Shown here piece after piece: positions 35,750-44,644 of a stretch of 64,000 nt of DNA; within the stretch, counting starts at the first letter, position 1; each line of letters opens with the position of its first letter. Source of the DNA: Minisyncoccota bacterium (GTDB taxonomy: Bacteria > Patescibacteriota > Minisyncoccia > Phycocordibacterales > UBA9973); NCBI GenBank assembly GCA_031291825.1, contig JARLIG010000008.1:5674-69673 (forward strand), in the 5' to 3' direction. The notes below the pieces were generated by a model. It saw only the letters and a program-made list of their open reading frames with translations, did not search any database and was not told the origin of the DNA. Made by a program: the position numbers and the translations under genes.

Positions 35750-37696
35750 ATGATGAAAATATTTAAAAAATCTAATTTGTTTCTATTTTCTTTTTTAGTA
35801 ATTATGTTTTCTATGTTTTCTATGTTTATTTCCACAGCCCACGCTACCGTGACTCCGACTCTTTCAGTGGCAGCTACTGGAGATGGAAATTCAGTTCAGG
35901 TTAATGTTATGGGAGACCCAAATGCCAGTGTTTTTATGGTTTATGTAAAAAGTGGTGCTGGACAACAGATACCTTTAATTGGAACTACCAGTGCCAGTGG
36001 ATTTTTGACTACCACCATCAGTAGCTCCTCTTATGGAATTGTTTCTGGCGCTCCAGTTTATGTCATATTGGATAATATCAATGGTCCGCAATCTGCCAAT
36101 GTGACTTGGCCAGCGGTGACTTCCTTGCTCTCTAGCGGTAACATGATTTCTCTCAGCCAAACCGGTTTGGTTTTGACAGTTGGACAATCATCAACAATTA
36201 CTGCTAGCAATTTAAATGGTAGTTCTTTATATTTATCCAGTAATTCTAATCCACTCATCGCCAATTTTAGTGTCAGTGGCTCTCAGATAACTGTTTTAGC
36301 TAATGGTTATGGCTCTACTACTGGAACGGTATGTTTAGTTAACAATACTACAAACTGTGCAAGCATCTATGTCATGGTTCAAAATAGTAGTGCAGTGCCA
36401 CTTAGTTTTAGTCAAAACAGTATTTCCTTGTCATCTGGACAATCTGTAGCTGTTCAGATTTCTGGTGGTTCTGGATCTTATTCTGTGCTTAGTAATTCTA
36501 GTCAAGGTGGCGCTTTAGTAACTACCAGTATTTCTGGACAAATTATTACTTTGACCACGGCTAGCACGAGTGGTTCTTCATCAATCACTGTTTGTTCTAC
36601 AAATATGAATTCTTGTGGAATTGTAAATGTTTCAATCGGTACGACTAATTCCACAACTACGGCAATTTCTTTTAGTCAAACAAATCCGACTGTAACTATC
36701 GGACAGAGCTCTAATATTAGTATCTATGGTCCCACCAGTAGTCTCTTTTATGTTTCTTCAAATTCAAATCCTAGTATTGTCCAAGCCAATTTATCTGGTA
36801 GTGTTCTGACCTTGCTTGGTATTGCTAATGGAACTTCCACAATAAGTGTTTGTTCTTCCTCAAGTAATTGTGGAACCTTAACTGTAACCGTCAGTCCTAA
36901 TTACAGTACAAACGGTGGAAATATTACACTAAGCCAAGACACTATCTCTCTTTCTGTTGGTCAGAATTCAAATATTACAGTTTCTGGTGGAACCATGCCC
37001 TATACCACTTTGATTACACCCAATAATATTTTTCAAGCGACGCTCAACAGTAACATATTGACGATTTATGGTCTTGCAGCAGGTTCGTCTTCGATGAGTG
37101 TGTGCTCAAACGGAACATGTGCTTCTGTTACTGTCACAGTTCTAGGAACAGGTTCAACTAGTTCTTATTTACCGGTGGGCTGTTACTCCACTGTCGGCTA
37201 TAGTCAAACGACAGGAATGTCTTGCTCGACAGTTGTTTCTGCCAACACCAGTACTATTTATCCAGCGGGTTGTTACTCTACTGTTGGTTATAGTCAAACT
37301 AGTGGCTTACCTTGTAGCTCTACATCTACTGCCACAACACCGACGGTGCCAGTTGATTGTACCGGAGCAGTCTATAGCATCTCCACTGGTCAAGCTTGTC
37401 CTGTCAGCACTATAATAACTACCCCAGTTGTCGCAACACCCACGACTGTTGCTACACCTACACCCGCATCAACAAATACCGCTTTTATTTTTACCACTCA
37501 ACTGAAGCTAGGTTCCACTGGTACTGCAGTAATTCAATTACAGAAAAAATTAAAAACATTAGGATTTTACAAAGGGAAAATTGATGGGGGATATGGAGCA
37601 GCAACAGAATTAGCGGTTAAGGCACTTCAAAAAGCTCATAAACTTTCTCAAGTAGGTGTCGTTGGTCCACAGACAAGAGCAATTTTAAATAAATAA
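35750..37696 (+). CDS. Large secreted Ser/Thr-rich protein with four Ig-like repeats, Cys mini-repeats and peptidoglycan-binding domain
   Basis: Repeats (L/F)SQ..(I/V).L..GQS...VC...C; QLQKKLKTLGFYKGKIDG..VGPQTRAILNK; start moved to ATG 35750 (TATAAT-N6). Confidence 0.85.
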   Translation: MMKIFKKSNLFLFSFLVIMFSMFSMFISTAHATVTPTLSVAATGDGNSVQVNVMGDPNASVFMVYVKSGAGQQIPLIGTTSASGFLTTTISSSSYGIVSGAPVYVILDNINGPQSANVTWPAVTSLLSSGNMISLSQTGLVLTVGQSSTITASNLNGSSLYLSSNSNPLIANFSVSGSQITVLANGYGSTTGTVCLVNNTTNCASIYVMVQNSSAVPLSFSQNSISLSSGQSVAVQISGGSGSYSVLSNSSQGGALVTTSISGQIITLTTASTSGSSSITVCSTNMNSCGIVNVSIGTTNSTTTAISFSQTNPTVTIGQSSNISIYGPTSSLFYVSSNSNPSIVQANLSGSVLTLLGIANGTSTISVCSSSSNCGTLTVTVSPNYSTNGGNITLSQDTISLSVGQNSNITVSGGTMPYTTLITPNNIFQATLNSNILTIYGLAAGSSSMSVCSNGTCASVTVTVLGTGSTSSYLPVGCYSTVGYSQTTGMSCSTVVSANTSTIYPAGCYSTVGYSQTSGLPCSSTSTATTPTVPVDCTGAVYSISTGQACPVSTIITTPVVATPTTVATPTPASTNTAFIFTTQLKLGSTGTAVIQLQKKLKTLGFYKGKIDGGYGAATELAVKALQKAHKLSQVGVVGPQTRAILNK

Positions 37697-37700
37697 AAAT

Positions 37701-39197
37701 TTATTCTACGTGTACTTTAATATCGGTCCGTTCGTTTTTTAGGTTGAGGAAAAGTATTGTAAATGAACCTAAAAATATTATTATTGAAGCAACCCAAAAT
37801 ACATAATCGTATGCGTCTATTTGAGCTTTTAACTCTATTAGAGTAATGTATTTTTGAATATCGAGAGGTATGTGGCTAGCAAGTCTACTGAAACTATTAA
37901 TAGCAAAGACATTTGTATTTGTTCTATCATTCAAGATTGTCGCAAAAATTGCGATACCGAACGCGCCAGCGATGTTTCGTACCAATGCGAGAATCGATGA
38001 AGCCACACCGATTTCGTGTTGTGGCACTACTGAGGCGATAATGTTTGTGCGTTGCGCCATTCCGAATCCGAGTCCGAAAGCCATGATTCCAAGTGGAAGC
38101 GCAATGTCGAGCGCAGTTGATTTAGCATCCATTCCAGTTAACATGAAAATACCAAGCGCGGCAACCAATGTACTGGCAAAGATTACATATTTAGATTTTA
38201 CTTTACCAGTCAGCATGCCACCAATCGGCGCCGCCACCATGATTGCTATTGCCATGGGCACAAAAAGATATCCTGATTGAGTGGCGTTATAACCTAAGAA
38301 AGTTTGCGCAAAAATCGGTATTAAAAATACACCACCCATCATTCCCATGAACACCACAAAGTTATTTACCAATGCATTCACAAATGCCGGAATTTTAAAG
38401 AATTTCAAGTCGACGATTGGCTCGGGAACATTTTGTTCTATTTTGATAAAGACGCCCAGTAGTATCACGACAAAGAAATAACATATTAAACTGTCGATTG
38501 CCATCCAGCCCCAAGTGGACCCTTGGTCTAAGACCAACACAAGAGCAGAAAGCATACCACCTAGAACAATCGCACCCCACCAGTCAAAATAAGTAGTTTT
38601 CTGTTCTGAACGTGATTCATTGATGAAACGGATAGCCATAAGCATACCCAAAATTCCGATAGGAAGGTTTATTAAAAAAACCGAACGCCATCCAAAGTTA
38701 TCAATCAACGGTCCTCCAATTAATGGTCCGAAGACTATCGCGGCGGCAAAAGAAGATGACCAGATGCCGAGCGCTTGTGCGCGCTCCTTGCCTTGTTTAA
38801 AGGTGATGGCTAATATCGCCATGGCGGTCGGATAGTCCGCGCTACCAGCGATTGATTGAATAATACGAAAAACAATCATCGAGGGAAGATTCCAAGAAAG
38901 TCCCGCCAAAACGGAGCCTAAAATAAAAATACTAAAACCCAGAACGTAAACTTTTTTACGCCCAATTGTATCTCCAAGTTTTCCCCAAATTGGTACGAAA
39001 ACAGCGTTGGCTAAAATATAAGCTGTGGCAATCCAGCCGGCAGCTGAGACAGTAATACCGAAATCACTGATTATTTTAGGTAATGCCAAATTAACAATCG
39101 TTTGGTCGAGTCTACCCAAGAATGTTCCGATAATAACAGTTAGCAATATCCACCAACGTAAATTTGATTCCTTTTTTTGACTTTTTTCTTCTTCCAT
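37701..39197 (-). CDS. DHA2 family MFS efflux permease (EmrB/QacA)
   Basis: LDQTIVNLALP, GKLGDTIGRKK, GPLIGG, WRSVFLINLPIG. Confidence 0.93.
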   Translation of the reverse strand: MEEEKSQKKESNLRWWILLTVIIGTFLGRLDQTIVNLALPKIISDFGITVSAAGWIATAYILANAVFVPIWGKLGDTIGRKKVYVLGFSIFILGSVLAGLSWNLPSMIVFRIIQSIAGSADYPTAMAILAITFKQGKERAQALGIWSSSFAAAIVFGPLIGGPLIDNFGWRSVFLINLPIGILGMLMAIRFINESRSEQKTTYFDWWGAIVLGGMLSALVLVLDQGSTWGWMAIDSLICYFFVVILLGVFIKIEQNVPEPIVDLKFFKIPAFVNALVNNFVVFMGMMGGVFLIPIFAQTFLGYNATQSGYLFVPMAIAIMVAAPIGGMLTGKVKSKYVIFASTLVAALGIFMLTGMDAKSTALDIALPLGIMAFGLGFGMAQRTNIIASVVPQHEIGVASSILALVRNIAGAFGIAIFATILNDRTNTNVFAINSFSRLASHIPLDIQKYITLIELKAQIDAYDYVFWVASIIIFLGSFTILFLNLKNERTDIKVHVE

Positions 39198-39868
39198 TAT
39201 TTATTAGTATAAACAGTTATTTTTGCAGACATTCCACTTTTCAATTCTGGATAATCAGAGACATTGAAACGGACTTTTACATCAAATTTTTCGATTGGAC
39301 GCTGGTCAGAAATATCAAAGAGCACACCAGTATCGTCAGAAACAGGGCTGACTTCATCAACAATCCCTTCATAAGTTTTTCCTGGAAAAGCGTCAACAGA
39401 AAAAGTCGCTCGTTGACCAGCCACGATATTTTTTAATCCTTTTGTTTCTTCTAATTGTCCTACAACTTTCATTTCAGTTACGTTTACGATAGAAACGACA
39501 GTTTGTCCAGGAGAGAAATAAGAACCTAAGACTTCTGGTGCGTAAGAAATAACTCCGCCATCTTTTGCGGAAATTGTTTCTGAACCTACTAGGGCGATAG
39601 GAGAGTTTGGTGTAACAACATCTCCCTCTTTAACATATAAAGCATTTAATACTCCAGGCGCAGAAGGCGCTAAGTTGATAATTGGCGCTTCAAGGTTTGA
39701 GTTTTCAATAAAAACACTATTTTTTTCCACCTGCCAGAATAGAAATAATCCAAGCAAGCCAAAAATAACTACAAATGAAAACAAACTATGCAACCAAGGT
39801 TTTTTGAAAAGATTTTTTTCTTTTGAAACGGTTTCGTGAATACTTTTTTCTTTTTTTTCTTCGTGCAT
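39197..39868 (-). CDS. HlyD/EmrA-type adaptor subunit
   Basis: TM, LYVKEGDVV, VDAFPGKTYEGIV, LKSGMSA. Confidence 0.85.
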   Translation of the reverse strand: MHEEKKEKSIHETVSKEKNLFKKPWLHSLFSFVVIFGLLGLFLFWQVEKNSVFIENSNLEAPIINLAPSAPGVLNALYVKEGDVVTPNSPIALVGSETISAKDGGVISYAPEVLGSYFSPGQTVVSIVNVTEMKVVGQLEETKGLKNIVAGQRATFSVDAFPGKTYEGIVDEVSPVSDDTGVLFDISDQRPIEKFDVKVRFNVSDYPELKSGMSAKITVYTNK

Positions 39869-39876
39869 ATAATATA

Positions 39877-40974
39877 TTAGTTATTAGTAATAGAAGAATC
39901 GCTTGTAAAGTCAATGGCAGGAGAGTTTGGAGTAGCTATTTGTCCTGGCGTGATGGCAACTGATACAACAGTACCATTATCTGGAGCGGTAATTATTGTG
40001 TTTTCATAAGCAGCTTGCGCTATTTGCACTGCGCCTTCTGCGTTATCCATTTGCGCTTGAGCTGCAGCCACATCTTCTGGTCGAGCAGCGGTTACTAGAG
40101 CATCAAGAGATGCATTTGCTTGGTCAAGAGTGGCTTGGGCATTCGAAACTGCCTGAGTCTGTGTCTGTAGAGCTGACTGATAAGCATTGTAGTTAGCTAG
40201 GTAATTTGGTGCAGTATTGTTTGGTATTGGTATATTCCAAGTAGTGCCTAAATAAGAAGTGCCTGTAGGAAATTCCACATAGAGTCCAGTGCTTAGAATC
40301 GGTTCAGGAGTCGTTGTGCTGACAATTCCTGTTCCGTTTACAATACCTGAGATTGAGAAATACCCACTTTGACCTCCTTGGTTGATAACTAGATTGATTG
40401 TTCCTTCTGTGCTTCCCGCGTATGTCCCCGTGATCGAAGGTGCAGGTAAAGAAACATCTGTATTTGATTTTGCCACAATAGTAGAGTTTAAAAGATTTGC
40501 ATAAGCATTTGCGACTAAAAGTTTCTGTTGTTCGGTAACTCCACTTAAGTTCACTTGCGCAGAGTTCACAGCAGCCTTCGCAACATCGATAGCTGAGCTT
40601 GTAGCTCCGTTTATGATTTTTTGATAACTTGCCTTGGCTGATTCATAGGCGGCTTGTGCTTGAGCGAGGGCGCCTTGGGTATTTCCTGCATCTAGGGTTG
40701 CTAGAACTTGTCCTTTGACAACCTTGTCACCAGCTTTAACAGAAATAGAGTTGATTCTACCACCAGCTAGGAATCCTAAAGAAATATCCTGTGGCATCGA
40801 AGGATTGCTGCCTCCTTCAATTACATCTGCGTTAGTATTGTCTTGTATCACGGGCGTAGGTATATACTTATTTATTTTTTGATAACCGTAAACTCCTATA
40901 ATAGCTGCAATTACTAGGGAAATTATAATTATCTGTTTAGGGTGATTTAGTAACGATTTCATATGATTTTTCAT
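39877..40974 (-). CDS. Membrane fusion (HlyD-like) protein
   Basis: GRINSISVKAGDKVVKGQVLATLD, coiled hairpin, IITAPDNGTV. Confidence 0.85.
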   Translation of the reverse strand: MKNHMKSLLNHPKQIIIISLVIAAIIGVYGYQKINKYIPTPVIQDNTNADVIEGGSNPSMPQDISLGFLAGGRINSISVKAGDKVVKGQVLATLDAGNTQGALAQAQAAYESAKASYQKIINGATSSAIDVAKAAVNSAQVNLSGVTEQQKLLVANAYANLLNSTIVAKSNTDVSLPAPSITGTYAGSTEGTINLVINQGGQSGYFSISGIVNGTGIVSTTTPEPILSTGLYVEFPTGTSYLGTTWNIPIPNNTAPNYLANYNAYQSALQTQTQAVSNAQATLDQANASLDALVTAARPEDVAAAQAQMDNAEGAVQIAQAAYENTIITAPDNGTVVSVAITPGQIATPNSPAIDFTSDSSITNN

Positions 40975-40980
40975 AATTAA

Positions 40981-41403
40981 TTAATTTGTTATTAAAATTC
41001 TAATAATACGTTCAAAATTTTCATAATCTTTTTTGTTTAGTTTTGAAAGCATCTTTTTAAACATTAATTCCTTTTGTTTACATAACGATACGGAAAGCTT
41101 TTTTGAGGAAGTGGAGAGAACAATAAAAACGATACGCCTGTCTTTTTTATCATCAATTCTTTTTATCAGACCCTTCTTTTCCATTTCTTTCACAATCTCG
41201 GTGGCGGACGGGGGAGTGATTCCTAGGTGATCAGCAATACTCTTCATTGTCTCTTTCCCCGTCGGTCCGATGAAACCAAGAAGTTCAACTTGAGAAAAAG
41301 TTAAATCATGTTCAAATCCTTCTCTCTTAATGCTTTTTAAGATATTCTTTCTGAAGTTAAAAATTAAATCCGAAAGGCTAGATTTTGAATAAGTGTTTGA
41401 CAT
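40981..41403 (-). CDS. MarR family transcriptional regulator
   Basis: LTFSQ, IADHLGITPPSAT, KGLIKR..DKKDRR. Confidence 0.92.
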   Translation of the reverse strand: MSNTYSKSSLSDLIFNFRKNILKSIKREGFEHDLTFSQVELLGFIGPTGKETMKSIADHLGITPPSATEIVKEMEKKGLIKRIDDKKDRRIVFIVLSTSSKKLSVSLCKQKELMFKKMLSKLNKKDYENFERIIRILITN

Positions 41404-41418
41404 ATATTTATATAACTA

Positions 41419-41439
41419 ATAGTTAGGTAGACTAAGTAT
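41419..41439. promoter_or_regulatory. Candidate MarR operator
   Basis: ATAGTTAG-N5-CTAAGTAT imperfect inverted repeat 15 nt upstream of the marR start. Confidence 0.5.
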
Positions 41440-41495
41440 ATTCTATTTATAGTCTTTTGTCAAATAGCTTAACTTAGTGCTATAATCTATGGGTC

Positions 41496-41894
41496 ATGGA
41501 ACAAAATTTACAAGGATCAAATACTACTTTGCCGAATTTTTCATTTTCTGGCGTTTGTTCTGTTTGTCATCAGCCGATATTACCTCAATATTATTTTTGT
41601 CCAAATTGTGGAGCGAAGATAAATACCGCTCCGCTTTCTACCACACCACAAACTCAAGCTTGGATATATCTATTTAGTATCATTTTGCCACTGATAGCTT
41701 TTCTTTTTATTACTAGATGGCCTGGCGTAAAATACTATAAATCAAAAGACCCTAAGACGCATCGTATTGGACAAATAGCCTGGGCGCTTATTATCATATC
41801 CAGCTTGGTAACCATTGGGCTTGCATGGTATTGGACACAGCAGATGATTCAAAGCCAAATTCAGAGTATTAATACTGACTTTAGCGGAATATAA
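41496..41894 (+). CDS. Zinc-ribbon membrane protein
   Basis: CSVC...FCPNCG, two TMs. Confidence 0.75.
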   Translation: MEQNLQGSNTTLPNFSFSGVCSVCHQPILPQYYFCPNCGAKINTAPLSTTPQTQAWIYLFSIILPLIAFLFITRWPGVKYYKSKDPKTHRIGQIAWALIIISSLVTIGLAWYWTQQMIQSQIQSINTDFSGI

Positions 41895-43051
41895 TGAATA
41901 AAAGACTTTGGACCTTCGTCGCAATTGTAATACTTGTATCAATTTCTGCTTTTTTTCTGTCGGGATTTTTTGCTGATGCGGTGACTTATAATAAAAGTGC
42001 TCCAGTAGTAAGGGTAGCTCAAACTACATCAGTTCTAGCTACTGCGCCAGTTGTCGTCACAATTCCACCACTTGACATCGCACTCTATGACAAAAAATTA
42101 AATATTCTTGCCAACAATCCTCCCGATCCTATTGTATATACTACCGTTAAAACAGTCACACAAAATTCAAAAGGTAAATCAATTACAACTATTACCAAAG
42201 TACCCGTTTCTCCACAGCCAGTTCCAGTTCATCTCTGGCCAGTCAAAACTGTTTATCCAAATGCTGGAGTGCTTTTGCCATTTAATCGTATCGTGGCTTA
42301 TTATGGAAATTTGTATTCAACTAAAATGGGAGTACTGGGAGAATATCCAGAAGATCAGATGTTGCAAATGTTGGAAGGGGAAGTAAAAAAATGGGAAGTA
42401 GCTGACCCGTCCACGCCAGTTATTCCAGCGCTTCAATATATAGCAGTGGTGGCACAGGGTAGTCCGGGAGCTAGTGGGATGTATCGAGCACGTATGCCAT
42501 TTTCGGAAATAGACAAAGTGATTGCGATGGCCGCAAAAATTAATGCGATTGTTTTCTTGGATGTGCAAGTTGGACTTTCCAATGTGCAGACAGAGGTTCC
42601 GCTTTTACAAAAATATTTAAAAATGCCAAACGTAGAGCTGGCGATTGACCCGGAGTTTTCGATGAAGACCGGCGCTCATCCAGGGACTGTCATTGGTACT
42701 TTTGATGCGACCGATATAAATTTTGTTTCAAACTATTTAGCTAATCTAGTAGACCAGAATAATCTCACCCCAAAAATTCTTGTTGTGCACCGTTTTACGG
42801 AAGGGATGATTACAAATTACAAACAAATTAAAACAACACCAGAGGTGCAGATTGTGATGAATATGGATGGTTGGGGAGACCAAGCTCATAAAATAGCCAC
42901 TTATAAGGAATTTATCTATGAAGAACCTGTACAGTTTACGGGAATAAAATTATTTTATAAGAACGACCTAACCGTTCCAGGTAGTGCGATGTTGACCCCA
43001 GCCCAGATTTTGAAACTAAATCCAGAGCCGATATATATTCAGTATCAATAA
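41894..43051 (+). CDS. Secreted conserved protein (possible TIM-barrel glycoside hydrolase-like fold)
   Basis: Signal/TM; RIVAYYGN, LDVQVG, LAIDPEF, MDGWG, GIKLFYKND. Confidence 0.75.
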   Translation: MNKRLWTFVAIVILVSISAFFLSGFFADAVTYNKSAPVVRVAQTTSVLATAPVVVTIPPLDIALYDKKLNILANNPPDPIVYTTVKTVTQNSKGKSITTITKVPVSPQPVPVHLWPVKTVYPNAGVLLPFNRIVAYYGNLYSTKMGVLGEYPEDQMLQMLEGEVKKWEVADPSTPVIPALQYIAVVAQGSPGASGMYRARMPFSEIDKVIAMAAKINAIVFLDVQVGLSNVQTEVPLLQKYLKMPNVELAIDPEFSMKTGAHPGTVIGTFDATDINFVSNYLANLVDQNNLTPKILVVHRFTEGMITNYKQIKTTPEVQIVMNMDGWGDQAHKIATYKEFIYEEPVQFTGIKLFYKNDLTVPGSAMLTPAQILKLNPEPIYIQYQ

Positions 43052-43075
43052 GCGTTCTTGTGCTATAATTTTATT

Positions 43076-43456
43076 ATGGATTCTCCAAAAGAAAAAAAAG
43101 CTTTTTCTCTCGTTGCTCGAATGAAAAGCGTTACGCATGCATGGCGTGGTGTTTGTGTATTTTTTAAAACGACTCATAATGTTTGGGTGCAGAGTTCTTG
43201 TTTCCTTTTCGAGATAATCTTAGCAATTATTCTGCGTATTTCAGGTATTGAATGGATTTTAGTTATTCTTTCAGGAGGTTTGTTGATAGTAGCTGAAGCG
43301 TTTAACACGGCTATCGAGATTGACATTGATTTAACTTCCCCTAATTATCATCCTTATGCCAGAGACACAAAAGATATCGCGGCGGGCGCAGTTTTGCTGA
43401 TGTCAATAATTACCGCCATTGTCGGATTAATCATTTTCTTGCCAAAGATTTTTTAG
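43076..43456 (+). CDS. dgkA: Diacylglycerol/undecaprenol kinase
   Basis: AEAFNTAIE, KDIAAGAVL; start ATG 43076. Confidence 0.88.
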   Translation: MDSPKEKKAFSLVARMKSVTHAWRGVCVFFKTTHNVWVQSSCFLFEIILAIILRISGIEWILVILSGGLLIVAEAFNTAIEIDIDLTSPNYHPYARDTKDIAAGAVLLMSIITAIVGLIIFLPKIF

Positions 43457-43519
43457 ATGAATTTTAGATTAAATAGACTATTGCCTAATTTTTCTTAAAT
43501 TGATAGAATGTGAACACCT

Positions 43520-43921
43520 ATGAACAATCAAGTAAAAATTTTTCTTTCGATTATTGGTCTTCTAATTTTGGGTACAATTGCTGCGGTTTTATTACAACCT
43601 AAAAGCACGCCAGCGGCTCCTGGTAAATATGAGGCTCTAGCGCAATGTATAAAAGATTCTGGCGCTACTTTCTATGGAGCTTTTTGGTGTCCACATTGTC
43701 AGGCCGAAGAAGCAGACTTTCAAATGACCCGTCAAGCATTAGCAGCAATAGGTCTTTATACTGAATGTTCTACTGCAGATGGAACTGCGCAGACACAAGT
43801 ATGTATTGATAAAAAAATCCAGAGTTATCCAACTTGGGTGTTTAAGGATGGTTCAACCTTAACAGGCACAATTCCACTCGCTCAACTAGCGCAAAAAACT
43901 GGTTGTACAGTGCCACAATAA
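43520..43921 (+). CDS. Membrane-anchored thioredoxin-like dithiol oxidase
   Basis: YGAFWCPHC, IQSYPTW. Confidence 0.85.
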   Translation: MNNQVKIFLSIIGLLILGTIAAVLLQPKSTPAAPGKYEALAQCIKDSGATFYGAFWCPHCQAEEADFQMTRQALAAIGLYTECSTADGTAQTQVCIDKKIQSYPTWVFKDGSTLTGTIPLAQLAQKTGCTVPQ

Positions 43922-43923
43922 AT

Positions 43924-44484
43924 ATGAATCCTGATGCCATCAATGATCTGAATATTGTTCTCGGACTTGGAGCTATCATGCTTCAGATTCTTTCTGTGAT
44001 TGCTTTGTTTTTGCTTTTTTTCCGTTCTAAGGATAGAAGCCGAAATTTTTATTTAGATTTTATTGATAAACATTTTTTGATTTTAGCCTTTTTGATTTCT
44101 TTGTTTTCTTCTATTTTTCCTTTAGTCTATTCTGAGATTATTAATTTTTTGCCGTGTGTGCTGTGTTGGTGGCAGAGAGTGTTTATGTTTCCAACTCTTT
44201 TTCTTTTTGCCACGGCGCTTTGGGATAATGACCGAAGAGTTGTTCGCTACGCTGCACCCTTGTTATCAATTGGCTTTTTAATTTCCGTTTATCATAATTT
44301 TAATTATTATTTTGGAGAGACTTCCAGCGCTCCTTGTGATGCGACAGGAGTGTCTTGTTATCAGCATTTAGTTTCGGTATTTGGAGGATATATTTCAATT
44401 CCCATGATGGCGCTTTCGTCATTTGTTGCGCTTCTGACACTTCTAGCTGTTGCTCATTTTTATAAAAAAGAAATAAAGGTTTAA
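43924..44484 (+). CDS. dsbB: Disulfide bond formation protein B (DsbB/BdbC)
   Basis: PCVLCWWQRVFM, second Cys pair, GYISIPMMAL. Confidence 0.88.
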   Translation: MNPDAINDLNIVLGLGAIMLQILSVIALFLLFFRSKDRSRNFYLDFIDKHFLILAFLISLFSSIFPLVYSEIINFLPCVLCWWQRVFMFPTLFLFATALWDNDRRVVRYAAPLLSIGFLISVYHNFNYYFGETSSAPCDATGVSCYQHLVSVFGGYISIPMMALSSFVALLTLLAVAHFYKKEIKV

Positions 44485-44506
44485 TTATTAATTAACTACA
44501 AATCAC

Positions 44507-44572
44507 ATGGGAAAGGGAAATAACGCATATCGAAAGGATGTGAAGAAGCCAAAAAAGGAAAAAAAGAAATAG
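44507..44572 (+). CDS. Candidate 21-aa Lys-rich microprotein
   Basis: MGKGNNAYRKDVKKPKKEKKK fills the gap exactly up to a terminator. Confidence 0.45.
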   Translation: MGKGNNAYRKDVKKPKKEKKK

Positions 44573-44575
44573 TTT

Positions 44576-44610
44576 AAAAATCCCTCCGATTTATCTCGGA
44601 GGGATTTTTT
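44576..44610 (+). terminator. Intrinsic terminator
   Basis: AAAAATCCCTCCGA-N6-TCGGAGGGATTTTTT. Confidence 0.85.
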
Positions 44611-44644
44611 GTTTAAAATTAATATAGATGATACAATCTTAAAA

